A stretch of DNA of 64,000 bases from Candidatus Poribacteria bacterium (GCA_965218095.1 OZ244587.1:6080001-6144000); one strand, 5' to 3'; counted from the first letter of the stretch, positions 29,991 to 40,728 are shown. Numbers and translations are program-made. Notes: generated by a model not told the origin, from the sequence alone.

Positions 29991-30983
29991 TTATTGACCC
30001 TCGCCAGCCATGTCATCCATGCCAGCGGCAGCTAGGCTAAGCATCAGCGCTTGGATGGTAAAGACACTGTCCATGCCGGGTATAGGGTCCACGCCGGCCG
30101 TAGCGTGGCAGCCGTGACAACCTGCTTGACTGTTACCCTCGTTGTATAGCCACCCGTTCTCTGCATCATACATCGAATCGTCAGTTTTCTCCATTCTCTC
30201 GGTTTTCGCGACAGCGGTGTTAGTGGCATCCATGATATCCTTGACAACTATAGTCCCGACAGGGAAAGTAGTCATCCCATCTTGCAACGCCATAACCCCG
30301 ACATCGTTGATGTAAATGGTGCGGGCGTTCTGACCGTGTACTACACCGGAGCCAATAGCGGTGGGAAGAGTAGCACTCAGCCACGAGGTGTAGTCGGCCA
30401 TCATGTCGTCGGTCATCATACCGTCGTCAGTCGTCATACCGTCATCGGTCGTCGTGGCATCCATCGAGAAATCGACGAAGACACTGTCCATGGGGGCTGC
30501 AGTGTGACAGGCATGACACCCTTCGGCTGCGTCTGGGAGTCCATCCCCCTTAACCTGCATGTAGTCAGTGTTTTCATCAGGGCGAGCATATTTCTTGTAT
30601 GTCCACCCGTTATGGCGCGAATCGTCCGTTTTCATCATTGTCGCGACTTTCTGGACAAACGTGTTCGCGTCATCCATGATTTCCTTGACAATTATAGTCC
30701 CGGCGGGGTAAGCGGTCATGTTTTCATCTTCCAACGCCATAGCCCCAACGTCATTTATGTAAACGGTACGGGCACCCTCGCCGTGTACTCCACCGGTGCC
30801 CGTAGGTCCGGGATAGGAAACCTTCGGCAGCCACGAGGTATACATTGAGATGTACATTGGCAGACCCATCATCATATCCTCCTCCGGCATTGGCGGTGCT
30901 AACATGTCCTGTAGCATATCGCAGGAGATGAAGACAAAGCAACCGATTAAAAGGGCGATCAGACCCACCTGAAATTTTAACAT
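29991..30983 (-). CDS. lipoprotein with two cytochrome P460-family domains
   Basis: FISC lipobox; two repeats R(T)xYIN..GTI(I/V)VK(E/D)..CHxCH..DSVF. Confidence 0.85.
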   Translation of the reverse strand: MLKFQVGLIALLIGCFVFISCDMLQDMLAPPMPEEDMMMGLPMYISMYTSWLPKVSYPGPTGTGGVHGEGARTVYINDVGAMALEDENMTAYPAGTIIVKEIMDDANTFVQKVATMMKTDDSRHNGWTYKKYARPDENTDYMQVKGDGLPDAAEGCHACHTAAPMDSVFVDFSMDATTTDDGMTTDDGMMTDDMMADYTSWLSATLPTAIGSGVVHGQNARTIYINDVGVMALQDGMTTFPVGTIVVKDIMDATNTAVAKTERMEKTDDSMYDAENGWLYNEGNSQAGCHGCHATAGVDPIPGMDSVFTIQALMLSLAAAGMDDMAGEGQ

Positions 30984-31364
30984 TGTTAACACTCCTTATT
31001 TTAAGATGTGTTTCGTAGCAAGTTTTGGAAACTTGTAAGCTACGTCAAAAGGTAATGACAAGATACTAATCTATTGGTGCATAGGCGCAATGAATCGCGT
31101 TCCTTTCAGCAAAAGATAGGCACTCGCCAGATTTATATTCTACATAACTTCGTTGTCAATATACCATATTCCGATTTAACCTTCAACGATTTTTTTGCAA
31201 GTAGGTTGATACTTCGCTGTAGAAATTTGGGAAATGCTGTAATTATCGCTTTATCTGCCAAAAAAACAGAACTAGATTTCCTGCTTTGTTCTTTTAATTT
31301 TTATCGGAAACTTACCTGTGAAAAGCGAAACGTAGATGGAGCTAGCAGCCCTGGGAACACATTT

Positions 31365-32519
31365 CTATTTTTTCACCGCGCCAAATGTGACGCCGCGTAG
31401 CAGGTGCCCCCGCATCAGAAAGGTAAAAATCGCAACGGGTAAGAGGAAGACAAAGGTCGCAGCTGCGATTTTTCCCCAATCGACGCCGCTAGAGCCGATT
31501 GCGCTCGTGATCGAAGGCGGGGCGGTCACTGCTTTGCCGCCGACTTCGGTCAACACCAGCGCAAACGCGAACTCATTCCACGCGGTGATTAAACAGAAAA
31601 CGGCTGTCGCAGCGATGCCTGTCACCGACTGCGGGAGAACGACTTTGATGAAGGTCTGGAAGCGGGTGTAGCCATCAACAAGGGCAGCGTCTTCGTACTC
31701 TCCCGGGATTTCGTCAATGAAGCCTTTCATGAGCCAGACCGCGAAAGATACGTTGAAGGTTGTATAGAGCAGGATGAGTCCAAGGTGGGTATCGCGCAGT
31801 CCGAGTGCGCTGTACATCAAGTAGATTGGGATGACAACGACGACGGGGGGAAGCATGCGCGTGCTGAGGATAAAAAAGAGAAGATCTTCCTTGCCTACCA
31901 CTTTGAAGCGTGAAAACGCATAGGCAGATAGTGTTCCAAGCCCAATGGCGAGGACGGTGCTGCCGAACCCAATGATGATGCTATTCAGCAGTTGGTGAAA
32001 GTATTTCGATCCGCCGTGCACCAACGATGCGCAGACAGCAACAATGGCCAAGATGCCAGCACTGACGAGGGAAAGACGAATTCGTCTTGCATCATTGGTC
32101 TTCCAGGGGGAAATCAGCAGATAAGCGGCAATTGCATAAATCGCCAGCATCAGGAAGCTGTAGTTGGTTGTGGTCGCAAGCCCATAAAGGCAGGTTAGAA
32201 TCACCAAACCATTCCACAGCAGTGCAAACCGACGCACAACGGCTATGTGTTGCAACGGCAAAAAGAAGATGAGAATCCCAATCAACCCTTCTACAATGAA
32301 AGCATAAGTAAAGCCGGGGACTTCAGGGGGCATCAGCTTCTGATAGTGTTGAAGTGTCACTCGAAACACGAATTTGGGAATCTGCGTGACAATATCGCCC
32401 GGTGATTTCAGAGATGTGGCAACAATCCAATAGATCGGGGTGAGATAGACCAGCACGGCAATTGCAATCGTGGCGAGCGCCAGGTAATGCCCAAATCCTC
32501 TGCGGCCTGTATGTATCAT
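31365..32519 (-). CDS. carbohydrate ABC permease (MalG-like) with extra TM insert
   Basis: EDAALVDG EAA loop, WNEFAFAL. Confidence 0.92.
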   Translation of the reverse strand: MIHTGRRGFGHYLALATIAIAVLVYLTPIYWIVATSLKSPGDIVTQIPKFVFRVTLQHYQKLMPPEVPGFTYAFIVEGLIGILIFFLPLQHIAVVRRFALLWNGLVILTCLYGLATTTNYSFLMLAIYAIAAYLLISPWKTNDARRIRLSLVSAGILAIVAVCASLVHGGSKYFHQLLNSIIIGFGSTVLAIGLGTLSAYAFSRFKVVGKEDLLFFILSTRMLPPVVVVIPIYLMYSALGLRDTHLGLILLYTTFNVSFAVWLMKGFIDEIPGEYEDAALVDGYTRFQTFIKVVLPQSVTGIAATAVFCLITAWNEFAFALVLTEVGGKAVTAPPSITSAIGSSGVDWGKIAAATFVFLLPVAIFTFLMRGHLLRGVTFGAVKK

Positions 32520-32520
32520 C

Positions 32521-33426
32521 TTACGCCTCTCCCCTAACTTTATTCAGATATTTGACGTAAATGTTACTCAGCGCAACGATGATGATCAGGAGAATGTAAG
32601 CCATTGCACACGCCTTGCCGGTGTTATAATTCCGAAACGCGAGTTTGTAGAGGTTCATCGAAACGGTTTCTGTCGCCGTGCCGGGCCCACCTTCACGAGT
32701 CAGCACATAAACAATATCGAACATCTTGAAGGCATCCATCGTGCGGAACAGGAGTGCGATCAGTAGCAGGGGGGAAACCAACGGCAGGGTGATCCAACGG
32801 AACTTGAACCATTGGGAGGCGCGGTCTACATCCGCAGCTTCGTAGAGATACTTGGGGATAGCGGACAAGCCAGCCAAGGAGATCAGTATCATGAACGGCG
32901 ACCACATCCACGTATCGACAATCACGACAGCGAGCATAGCAATCTTTGGGTCTGTCGTCCAGCCGATCGGTGCTCCGAGCAGCGGACTCAAGAAGTAGTT
33001 AACCAACCCCGAAGCATCGGACGCAAAAAGGAATCGCCAGAAGAGACCGACGACAACCGGCGAGAGCATCATTGGTAACAGGATCAGTGTTGTCACGAAC
33101 CCCTTATAGCGAAAGTCTCGATTGAGGAGCAACGCTAACCCGAAACCGATGATAAATTGGGTGATGACGGCGAGTACGACAAAGTAAGCGGTGGTTTGAA
33201 AATAGCCCCAGATTTCCGGATCGGTCAGTAACCGTGCATAGTTCTGGACACCGATAAACTTTGCCGGACGGTTCGGCATGGAAGCCTTATAACGATGAAA
33301 GCTCAAGTACAATGACCATAGCAGCGGGAAAATATTCATCAAGATGAGCAAGATCATGGTCGGCATGATAAACGCCATCTTGATCTGGTAGTCACTGAAA
33401 CCACGAGAAAAACGAATGGATTGCAT
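32521..33426 (-). CDS. carbohydrate ABC permease (MalF-like)
   Basis: LYEAADVD, DAFKMFD, GGPGTATET. Confidence 0.94.
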   Translation of the reverse strand: MQSIRFSRGFSDYQIKMAFIMPTMILLILMNIFPLLWSLYLSFHRYKASMPNRPAKFIGVQNYARLLTDPEIWGYFQTTAYFVVLAVITQFIIGFGLALLLNRDFRYKGFVTTLILLPMMLSPVVVGLFWRFLFASDASGLVNYFLSPLLGAPIGWTTDPKIAMLAVVIVDTWMWSPFMILISLAGLSAIPKYLYEAADVDRASQWFKFRWITLPLVSPLLLIALLFRTMDAFKMFDIVYVLTREGGPGTATETVSMNLYKLAFRNYNTGKACAMAYILLIIIVALSNIYVKYLNKVRGEA

Positions 33427-33448
33427 GTATCCCTCAACAGTAACCAAG

Positions 33449-33619
33449 CTATTCGTCAGGTAACGCCTCCAGTATTTCCCTCAACCGATCTTTTCCAAGC
33501 ATAGGGACAATTAACTGAATAACTCTCTCAGGGCCGCCAAAAAATTCAATCACCTCTTGGGGATCAACGCCAATTCACGACGATTCCAAAAAGACTCTTT
33601 CCCCAATTCCTTGAGCCAT
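33449..33619 (-). pseudogene. short gene remnant between SBP and permease
   Basis: GVDPQEVIEFFGGPERVIQLIVPMLGKDRLREILEALPDE* with frameshifted start. Confidence 0.3.
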
Positions 33620-33632
33620 TACACACGGGTGA

Positions 33633-33662
33633 AACAAAAAGGGCAGAGACACCGCTCTGCCC
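33633..33662 (-). terminator. terminator/stabilising hairpin after the SBP gene
   Basis: GGGCAGAG-loop-CTCTGCCC then T-run. Confidence 0.75.
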
Positions 33663-33686
33663 TGGCCCATCTATGAACACTCGAAT

Positions 33687-35000
33687 CTATTCGTCGTCGT
33701 AGCCCGCCTCCTCGAAGATCTCCTCATGCTTCCGCGCGATCTCATCAAGCGCGTCTTTCGGCGATTTCGATCCGATGATTACTTGGTTCCATTTCGTTTG
33801 GCACACTTCCAAAAGTTCGGCGTACTCAGGCACCGCCCAAAAGTCGCGCAAATAAGGGAAACTTGCTGCAAAAGCCTTATTGAATGGTGTTGCATTCAGG
33901 AAGACGTCGGATTCTAAGACTTCCTTATGTGGCGTGAAGCCACCAAGCTTCGCCCATTTTTCCTGTACCGGTTTCTGCATGAACCACTTCATGTACTGTT
34001 TGGCAATCTTTTTGTTCTTGGAGTAAGAAGAAATGGACATGCCTTGACCACCAATGCTGATGGCGTGTGCCTTCGGTCCAGCAGGTCCAATGAAGAAACC
34101 GGTTTTATCGTAATATTTGGGGTTTTTATTCTGATCAACGGACCCCGCAAAGAAGGCGAAATAGTTCATCGCCATCGCCACCTTCCCCGCCTTGTATGCA
34201 TCCAAGGATTCTGCCCAGTAGTAATTCGGCGAGTCAGGTGGTGAAAACGCCTTAAGCGCCTTGTAATATGCCAATGCCTTCACAGCATCTTCGCTGTTAA
34301 TATAGCCATTGACTTTGTAGGTTTTGGCATCGCCATAAGACCCACCAAACGACCACATCACCTGCTGGAAGCCCATCGTAATGCCGTCGTATGCTTTGCT
34401 GTACCAGGGCGCAATTCCGTAGAGGACTGGCGGCCGAGTGAAGAACTCGGCGATATCGCGCAACTCCTTGTATGTCTCGGGAGGGGCTAGTTCGTAACCG
34501 TATTTGGCTTTGAATGCCGCTTTCTCCTTCGCATCCTCAAAGAGATCCGTGCGATAGAGAAAACCGTTGGCGTCCACTTCTGCAGGGAGCGCCCAATATT
34601 TTGCACTCCCTTTCGGATATTCAGCAAATGCCTCCATGGCTGTCGCGTAAATCGAACCGACATCGATATTCTTCTTGATCCAATCCGTCAACTCGACGTA
34701 GTGTCCGCCAACAGAGTTTCGGCCGAGCCACTGGCTGTCGCCGATAACGATATCGTAGCGATCACTCTTGCCAACAAACGCCGTGAAGACCTGATCTTGA
34801 AAAAAGTCCCAAGAGATCTGAACCACATCGACTTCAATTTCTGTCTCCGCTGTAAAATCCGTTGACAGTTCTTGTAGATAATTAGCAGGATCCCATTGCG
34901 CCCAGGCAATAGTTAACTTTTTTTGAGCGTATGTTGACGGTGTTAACGCGACCATCACAAAGATTGCGAGCATCGCAACATAGCACACAGATTTTTTCAT
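33687..35000 (-). CDS. sugar ABC transporter substrate-binding protein
   Basis: signal peptide; YRTDLF, PPETY.EL.DIAEFF, IGGQG. Confidence 0.93.
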   Translation of the reverse strand: MKKSVCYVAMLAIFVMVALTPSTYAQKKLTIAWAQWDPANYLQELSTDFTAETEIEVDVVQISWDFFQDQVFTAFVGKSDRYDIVIGDSQWLGRNSVGGHYVELTDWIKKNIDVGSIYATAMEAFAEYPKGSAKYWALPAEVDANGFLYRTDLFEDAKEKAAFKAKYGYELAPPETYKELRDIAEFFTRPPVLYGIAPWYSKAYDGITMGFQQVMWSFGGSYGDAKTYKVNGYINSEDAVKALAYYKALKAFSPPDSPNYYWAESLDAYKAGKVAMAMNYFAFFAGSVDQNKNPKYYDKTGFFIGPAGPKAHAISIGGQGMSISSYSKNKKIAKQYMKWFMQKPVQEKWAKLGGFTPHKEVLESDVFLNATPFNKAFAASFPYLRDFWAVPEYAELLEVCQTKWNQVIIGSKSPKDALDEIARKHEEIFEEAGYDDE

Positions 35001-35212
35001 AGTTTTTTTCCTTTCTCAAGTGTTTGTCAAAGCCTTACTTGACTGATGATTTGAAAGGTTTTCTCTCAAATTTTAGCTTCCTGATTATAGCAGAACAGGA
35101 AAAAATTAGCAAGCGAAAAGAGGTTTTCGGCTTTTTTAGGTTGTCTGTTTAATTGATTGTCTGTTATAATGTTTTATAATGTTTCAGTTTTAATAAACTA
35201 TATAAATGGGAA

Positions 35213-37558
35213 TTGCCGATGGAAACTAAACCTCAGTATCTAACAATCAAAGAGGCTGCTGAATTATTAGGTGTGACACCCACGACACTGCGTAACTGGG
35301 ACAAATCGGGTAAATTGATTGCTCGGCGCGACCCTGCCAATGACTATCGTTTGTATGCCATTGAAGATGTCTCAAATTTATTGGGTGAAAGGAGTGGCGT
35401 TTATCAAGTTAACTCTCCTGCTACAACAGCTATCCAGCCCCTCTTATTTCCACTGACCTCGCCTACTTCTGATGAGAAGATGCCATTAGATACACGCGCT
35501 CTACGATTGTTGGTTCGCCAAATGAGTGCTGCCTTTCGTGATTCAATGGGCGGTGGTTTGCTCGAGCGGTTTGAAGAAATTTCAAAACTATTATACTGCA
35601 AGATTTACGATGAACGCCAATCTCAAACGTCAGCAAGGTGCCAAGCACGCTTCTACCGTCAAAGTGAGGAATCTATTAATGAAACTTATCGAAAAATCAC
35701 TGTGCTTTATCATAACGCAATAAATCTCTTACCTGATGTGTTGACGACTGGCTATCGGGAATTGAGCGATGACAAAAAGGCGATTGTCCGAATTGTCGAG
35801 ATTTTACAGGAGGTCAGTCTGAGCAATATTCCCACAGATGTAAAAGGTACGGTCTATGAGGAGTTGGTCCGCAACACATTTGAGAAGTCCGACAACCAAC
35901 AGTTCTTTACACCACGCCCCGTCGTTGAATTTATGGTACAGTTTCTCAACCCTCAATATGGTCAAACACTCTGCGATCCGGCTTGTGGTAGCGGCGGCTT
36001 TCTGATAGAAGCATCGAAGCATGTTCATAGAATTCCAGGAGCACAGACACAGGTTGAGCGAAGCGAAATCCCGTATAGCGGGGAAGATAACAGGGCGTAT
36101 CTATCCAATCACATCGTTGGATTAGAGATTGATAAGCGTATGGCTTGGGTCGCCCAGATGAATTTAATCATGCACGGTGATGGGCATGGTAACACTTACC
36201 ACTTGGATGATGGAGGTTCTCTGGGGTTTTCAAATCATCTTGATACATTGGTTCAGCCGAATAACCTTGACTTGATCTTGACCAATCCGCCGTTTGGGAG
36301 CGATTTTTCTGATGCTAAACACCTTCCGAAATATCAACTTGGTCAAGGAAAATCATCCCGGCGTCGAGGAATCCTTTTCATTGAACGGTGCATTGGCTGG
36401 CTAAAACCCGGGGGGCGTTTAGGAATCGTTATTGAAGACAGTGTGTTAAATGGCGCGTCGAACGCCGATGTGCGTGATTTTATCCTCAAGCGTTGTGTAG
36501 TAGAGGCAGTTATCAGCTTGCCTGATGTAACGTTTATGCCCTACTCTAGTGCAAAAACGTCCATACTTTTCTTGCGTAAGCGACTTAATGCTCGGGGTGT
36601 ACAACCTCCAATTTTTATGGCAAACGTGGAACAGGTCGGACGAAAACCGAATGGTGACCCACTTTATACCGCAGATAGGAATGACAACGGACACCCCTTG
36701 CTACAGAATGAATTACCAAATGTCATTGATGCTTGGCAAACTTATGTCGCGGGAGGCGAAAACACAATTGCTCACTTATCACCTAAGATTTATGTTTGTC
36801 CGCCTGATCGATTCCAAGAAGGCTTCGGAATGAGGCTTGATGTTCAATTTCACCACCCCTCTCGTAAAACCGCCGAAGATACACTACATAGATCAATTTA
36901 CCCGACACCAAAGCTGGCAGAGCTAATTGTTGCACGCAACATCACCGCTGTACCAGCAACACAAGACCCGGATGAAGTTTGGCGCTATGTTGGATTGGCA
37001 AACATCACTGTCGAAACAGGTGAGTATACCGTTTCCAGCGTAATGGGAAGCCAAATCAAGAGTACAGTTCGCCTTTTTCGCCCCGGGGACATTCTGTTTT
37101 CCAAATTGCGTCCTGAACTCCGGAAATGTGCCTTAATCCGAGAAGATGAGGACGAGGGTTTTGCTTCATCTGAATGCTTAGTCTTTTGCACATTAGTGGA
37201 CGCCATCCACGATCCCCTGCTACAGAACGTAACCTGTAAGAGAAATTTCATGCGGCAACATCAGGTAGACCGTGAATATCTGGCGTTCATCCTGCGTAGC
37301 GATATCGTCTTCGGGCAATTGGTTTATCAGATTACTGGCGTTGGGCGCCCTCGGGTGAGTCAATCCGCGATACTTGGGCTACAAATTCCGTTGCCACCTC
37401 TCCCCGTGCAGCGTGAAATTGTTGCCGGATACAAAGTGGCGTGGAAACACTATCTTGAATGCCGCAATCGAAGCAAGGCGGCATTACGCGAGGGAGATGA
37501 GGCTTTGCGGACAACGTATACTCATACTTGTCAAAGACTCTGCCCGACATCAGAGTAA
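35213..37558 (+). CDS. N6-adenine DNA methyltransferase with N-terminal MerR-like HTH and C-terminal HsdS-like TRD
   Basis: LTIKEAAELLGVTPTTLRNWD; QFFTPR, DPACGSGGF, NPPF; GDILFSKLRP, IPLPPLPVQREIV. Confidence 0.9.
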   Translation: MPMETKPQYLTIKEAAELLGVTPTTLRNWDKSGKLIARRDPANDYRLYAIEDVSNLLGERSGVYQVNSPATTAIQPLLFPLTSPTSDEKMPLDTRALRLLVRQMSAAFRDSMGGGLLERFEEISKLLYCKIYDERQSQTSARCQARFYRQSEESINETYRKITVLYHNAINLLPDVLTTGYRELSDDKKAIVRIVEILQEVSLSNIPTDVKGTVYEELVRNTFEKSDNQQFFTPRPVVEFMVQFLNPQYGQTLCDPACGSGGFLIEASKHVHRIPGAQTQVERSEIPYSGEDNRAYLSNHIVGLEIDKRMAWVAQMNLIMHGDGHGNTYHLDDGGSLGFSNHLDTLVQPNNLDLILTNPPFGSDFSDAKHLPKYQLGQGKSSRRRGILFIERCIGWLKPGGRLGIVIEDSVLNGASNADVRDFILKRCVVEAVISLPDVTFMPYSSAKTSILFLRKRLNARGVQPPIFMANVEQVGRKPNGDPLYTADRNDNGHPLLQNELPNVIDAWQTYVAGGENTIAHLSPKIYVCPPDRFQEGFGMRLDVQFHHPSRKTAEDTLHRSIYPTPKLAELIVARNITAVPATQDPDEVWRYVGLANITVETGEYTVSSVMGSQIKSTVRLFRPGDILFSKLRPELRKCALIREDEDEGFASSECLVFCTLVDAIHDPLLQNVTCKRNFMRQHQVDREYLAFILRSDIVFGQLVYQITGVGRPRVSQSAILGLQIPLPPLPVQREIVAGYKVAWKHYLECRNRSKAALREGDEALRTTYTHTCQRLCPTSE

Positions 37559-37567
37559 TCCGGAAAC

Positions 37568-38382
37568 TCAGGCGGGCGGCGTTCCGCTTTTGCTACGTTT
37601 ACGCTGCCGTAACCGATCTCTTGGAGAGCGTTCGTCAACTTGCTCAAGAAATTGCATAAACTCGCGCATAGTATCACTGAGTTCTTCTGAATCTTGGCGT
37701 GTTGTATGGACGATTCGCCAAAATTTACCATAGTTTCCCGGATCCGGTGCCCAGTTCCCCTTTCTCTTGCTGTACACGTATACCCGTTCGCCTTCGATTT
37801 TTCCACCGGTTATTGTTAAGCACGCATCACGCTCTTTGGCGATTTCTCCTGCCGGTAGAATGAGGTTCGCAAAGATGTGTGGATATTCTCCGACAACTTT
37901 TCCATCGTTGGAGACTAAATCCTTCCATTCCCAGCCAACTAAAAGCAAGAGATCCCTGTCGTCATCGATCCATATCGTTGGCGTACTGAAGCGTGCAGCT
38001 TGTTCGTCCGAATCTGCATCAACTTCATCTCAATCCGGAGTAGTGCTGTTAGTGCATTATCGCGTAAATAGAAGTCAGGATATTCATGAGAGGTAGCAAA
38101 GGTTAAAAAGTATTGATTGTCATATCTTTCCCCGAGCAGACGAGTCATTGCCGTACTCAGGGCATACTCAAGAATTATTCCAATTCGCGTTCGATAGCTT
38201 GACAATTGGCGCGTATCGGTTGGGAGCGGTTCAATTTGACGTAGTAACTTGGCAAGGCGCTTGGGCGAGAAGTTGGTGTTGACTTCCACAACCGCTTCGG
38301 CAAGCAACTGATTAAAATAATCTGAAATGCGGTAAATATTCCAATTTTCTTGTGAAAACAGTTCTGGTAGTGTCATAGTCAT
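37568..38382 (-). pseudogene. PD-(D/E)xK restriction endonuclease-like gene, frameshifted near 38025
   Basis: YPDFYL...RIEMK then shifts into VDADSDEQAARF..LLLVGWEW..DPGNYGKFWRI. Confidence 0.75.
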
Positions 38383-38484
38383 TCCTACGGAATGCTAAAA
38401 TCATCAGGATTTGTCCTGAAGCTGAAACACGGTTTACCCATACACCGTCTGAATCAACACCCAGATATATCCGATTGCGTCTGT

Positions 38485-39648
38485 CTACCCCTTCGGGTTT
38501 AACAGACCGCTATAAAGGGCCTCCGTCAACCTTGCATTTAGTTTGGCGCTGAAAAGTTGCGCTACCCTTGCACGCCCAGCGTTTCCCATTCGGCGCCGCT
38601 GCTCTGCATCTATGGCAAGTTGCACAATTGCCTCGGCGAAAGCTTCGGGATTTTCAGGGGAAATCAAAATGCCTGTTTCCGGCGTGACCAACTCTTTGGT
38701 CCCACCCAGTGGTGTGGCGACAATTGGCTTACCCGCTGCCATTGCCTCAATGACTGTGCGAGGGCAGGCTTCAGGGATGGTTGAAGCAAGCAAGGCAATA
38801 TCAAGGAGGGATATAACCGCTCGGATGTCTTCCAGAAAGCCAGTGAAGATAACGCGATCAGCAATCCCCAATTTCTTCGCCTGCGCCTTCAGAGAATCGA
38901 GATATTCCGCATCTTGGGGAAAGTAGGGACCGCCTACGACAAGCAGTTTAACCCGTGGTAAGTCTTTGAGCTTCGCCATCGCCTCGATCAGCAGGTGAAT
39001 TCCCTTCTCCGGGGTGATGCGCGTCGCAACCCCGACCAATAACGCATCACGGTTGAGGTTCAAATCCGCCCGAATCGCCTCTACTTCTTGCGGCGACGCT
39101 CGAAGGGACGCCAGTTCGACGCCGTTATAAATCAGTGTCTGCTTCGATTTCGGCGCAAAATCCCACCGCGTCGCTTCCGAAACCAGAATCACGCGATCTA
39201 ACAACTTCTCACAGATCCGATCCAAAATCCCATATGACGTCGCGTAACGTTTGTGCATGATGATTGGGACACCGCTGAACCTGGCGGCAACCCCACCGAT
39301 TAATCCAGCAGCCAAAGAATTGGCATGGATTAGATCGATTCGATGTTCTCTCAGTACACGCAAAAGCTGAAATATCACATTAAGCTGCCGCAGGTTACGC
39401 CCGAGATCAGCGAATGTAAAACGACGGACTTTATCCTGCTTGTCGTGCTGTTCCGGGAGGTCTAGTGGGATGACCGTATGCCCTGCCTTCCACGCCTTTG
39501 CTGCTAGCATGCTATCCCCCAAACACCCAACGAATGGACGAAATCGGGTCGAATCCAGATGCTTGAGCAATAACAGCAAGCTCCGTTGCCCGCCGCCAAT
39601 GCCACTCCCGCTATCAAGGTACAAAATATCGTGTCGCCTGGATTTCAT
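38485..39648 (-). CDS. GT4 family glycosyltransferase
   Basis: GGGQRS, RITPEKG, EACPRTVIEAMAAG. Confidence 0.94.
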   Translation of the reverse strand: MKSRRHDILYLDSGSGIGGGQRSLLLLLKHLDSTRFRPFVGCLGDSMLAAKAWKAGHTVIPLDLPEQHDKQDKVRRFTFADLGRNLRQLNVIFQLLRVLREHRIDLIHANSLAAGLIGGVAARFSGVPIIMHKRYATSYGILDRICEKLLDRVILVSEATRWDFAPKSKQTLIYNGVELASLRASPQEVEAIRADLNLNRDALLVGVATRITPEKGIHLLIEAMAKLKDLPRVKLLVVGGPYFPQDAEYLDSLKAQAKKLGIADRVIFTGFLEDIRAVISLLDIALLASTIPEACPRTVIEAMAAGKPIVATPLGGTKELVTPETGILISPENPEAFAEAIVQLAIDAEQRRRMGNAGRARVAQLFSAKLNARLTEALYSGLLNPKG

Positions 39649-39652
39649 CTCC

Positions 39653-40099
39653 CTAATCTTTCGTCGTATCGTTACTAATAACGGTCACTTCGATTGTGCG
39701 CATGAACTCATCCTCTCCAGTGATTCTGATCTGGATGTAGTTTTCAGGAAGCAGTTGCTGCATCCGATTGCCCCATTCGATGACGCAGATGCCATCTCCC
39801 TCTAAATATTCCTCCAAACCGAGGCCCACGATCTCTTTTAGATGCTGGAGACGATAGAGGTCGATATGGTAGATCGGCATCTTGCCTTTATATTCGTTGA
39901 TGAGAATGTACGAAGGGCTATTGACGGTCTCGTGCGGGTGGATGCCAGCGCCACGAGCGATGCCCTGCGTCAGGCAGGTTTTGCCCACCCCGAGCTCGCC
40001 GATAAGCGCGACGACATCACCGGGTTTAAGCTGCCGCCCGATCCGCACACCGACTTCTTGAGTTTCTTCGGGGCTGTGTGTATAAAACGTCTTGGTCAT
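39653..40099 (-). CDS. tsaE: tRNA threonylcarbamoyladenosine biosynthesis ATPase
   Basis: GELGVGKT, SPSY, HIDLYRL, IEW. Confidence 0.96.
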   Translation of the reverse strand: MTKTFYTHSPEETQEVGVRIGRQLKPGDVVALIGELGVGKTCLTQGIARGAGIHPHETVNSPSYILINEYKGKMPIYHIDLYRLQHLKEIVGLGLEEYLEGDGICVIEWGNRMQQLLPENYIQIRITGEDEFMRTIEVTVISNDTTKD

Positions 40100-40309
40100 A
40101 CAATTATACTCATGGAGGTTGCAACTTGAGGTTTCAGTCCGCGCCGTCCAGATTGGAAGGAATGGAAGGAAGATTTCATCCTTTTCTTCTGAGTCACTAT
40201 CGATCTGAATTTGGACAATGTGTATTGGCTGTACAGGCCATTTTCCTCAGAGGATCTGAATTCGTTGATGGTAGGTCGAAACCTTCATTCTGGAAACGCC
40301 TCATTGGCT

Positions 40310-40728
40310 TCAGGCGTAACTGGCAGAACATTGACTGCAATTTTCTCCCAAGCTGTGTAATTCTATCACTGAATCATTTACCTTGCTTGACAATAAAGCT
40401 TCTCCAGCCTTGGCGGTTGTAAATTCCAGTTCGCGTAGGCGGTGTTGGCTTGCGAATTCCAGTTGCTTGTTGAAAATCTCCCCTGCGTCCTCTATAATTC
40501 TTGTCAGGTTAAGATTATAGTTCTTTCGTAGAGTTGGAACAATCCGCTCGCTAATAACATAATCAACAACATCTCCCCGCCATACAGCAATGCTCTTAAG
40601 CTTGGACAGCAAAAAAGTTCCCGCCGCAACGGATCCTTTTTTGCTTTGGCGTTCGCCATACAGGTCTTGAAGTACCATTTCCGCTGACACGTCCTGAACA
40701 TCCGGATGCCATAAAATGACCAAATCAT
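40310..40728 (-). pseudogene. PD-(D/E)xK (PDDEXK_1-like) protein, N-terminal remnant, frameshifted and truncated
   Basis: WSFYGIRMFRTCQRKWYF..then LSKLKSIAVWRGDVVD. Confidence 0.55.
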
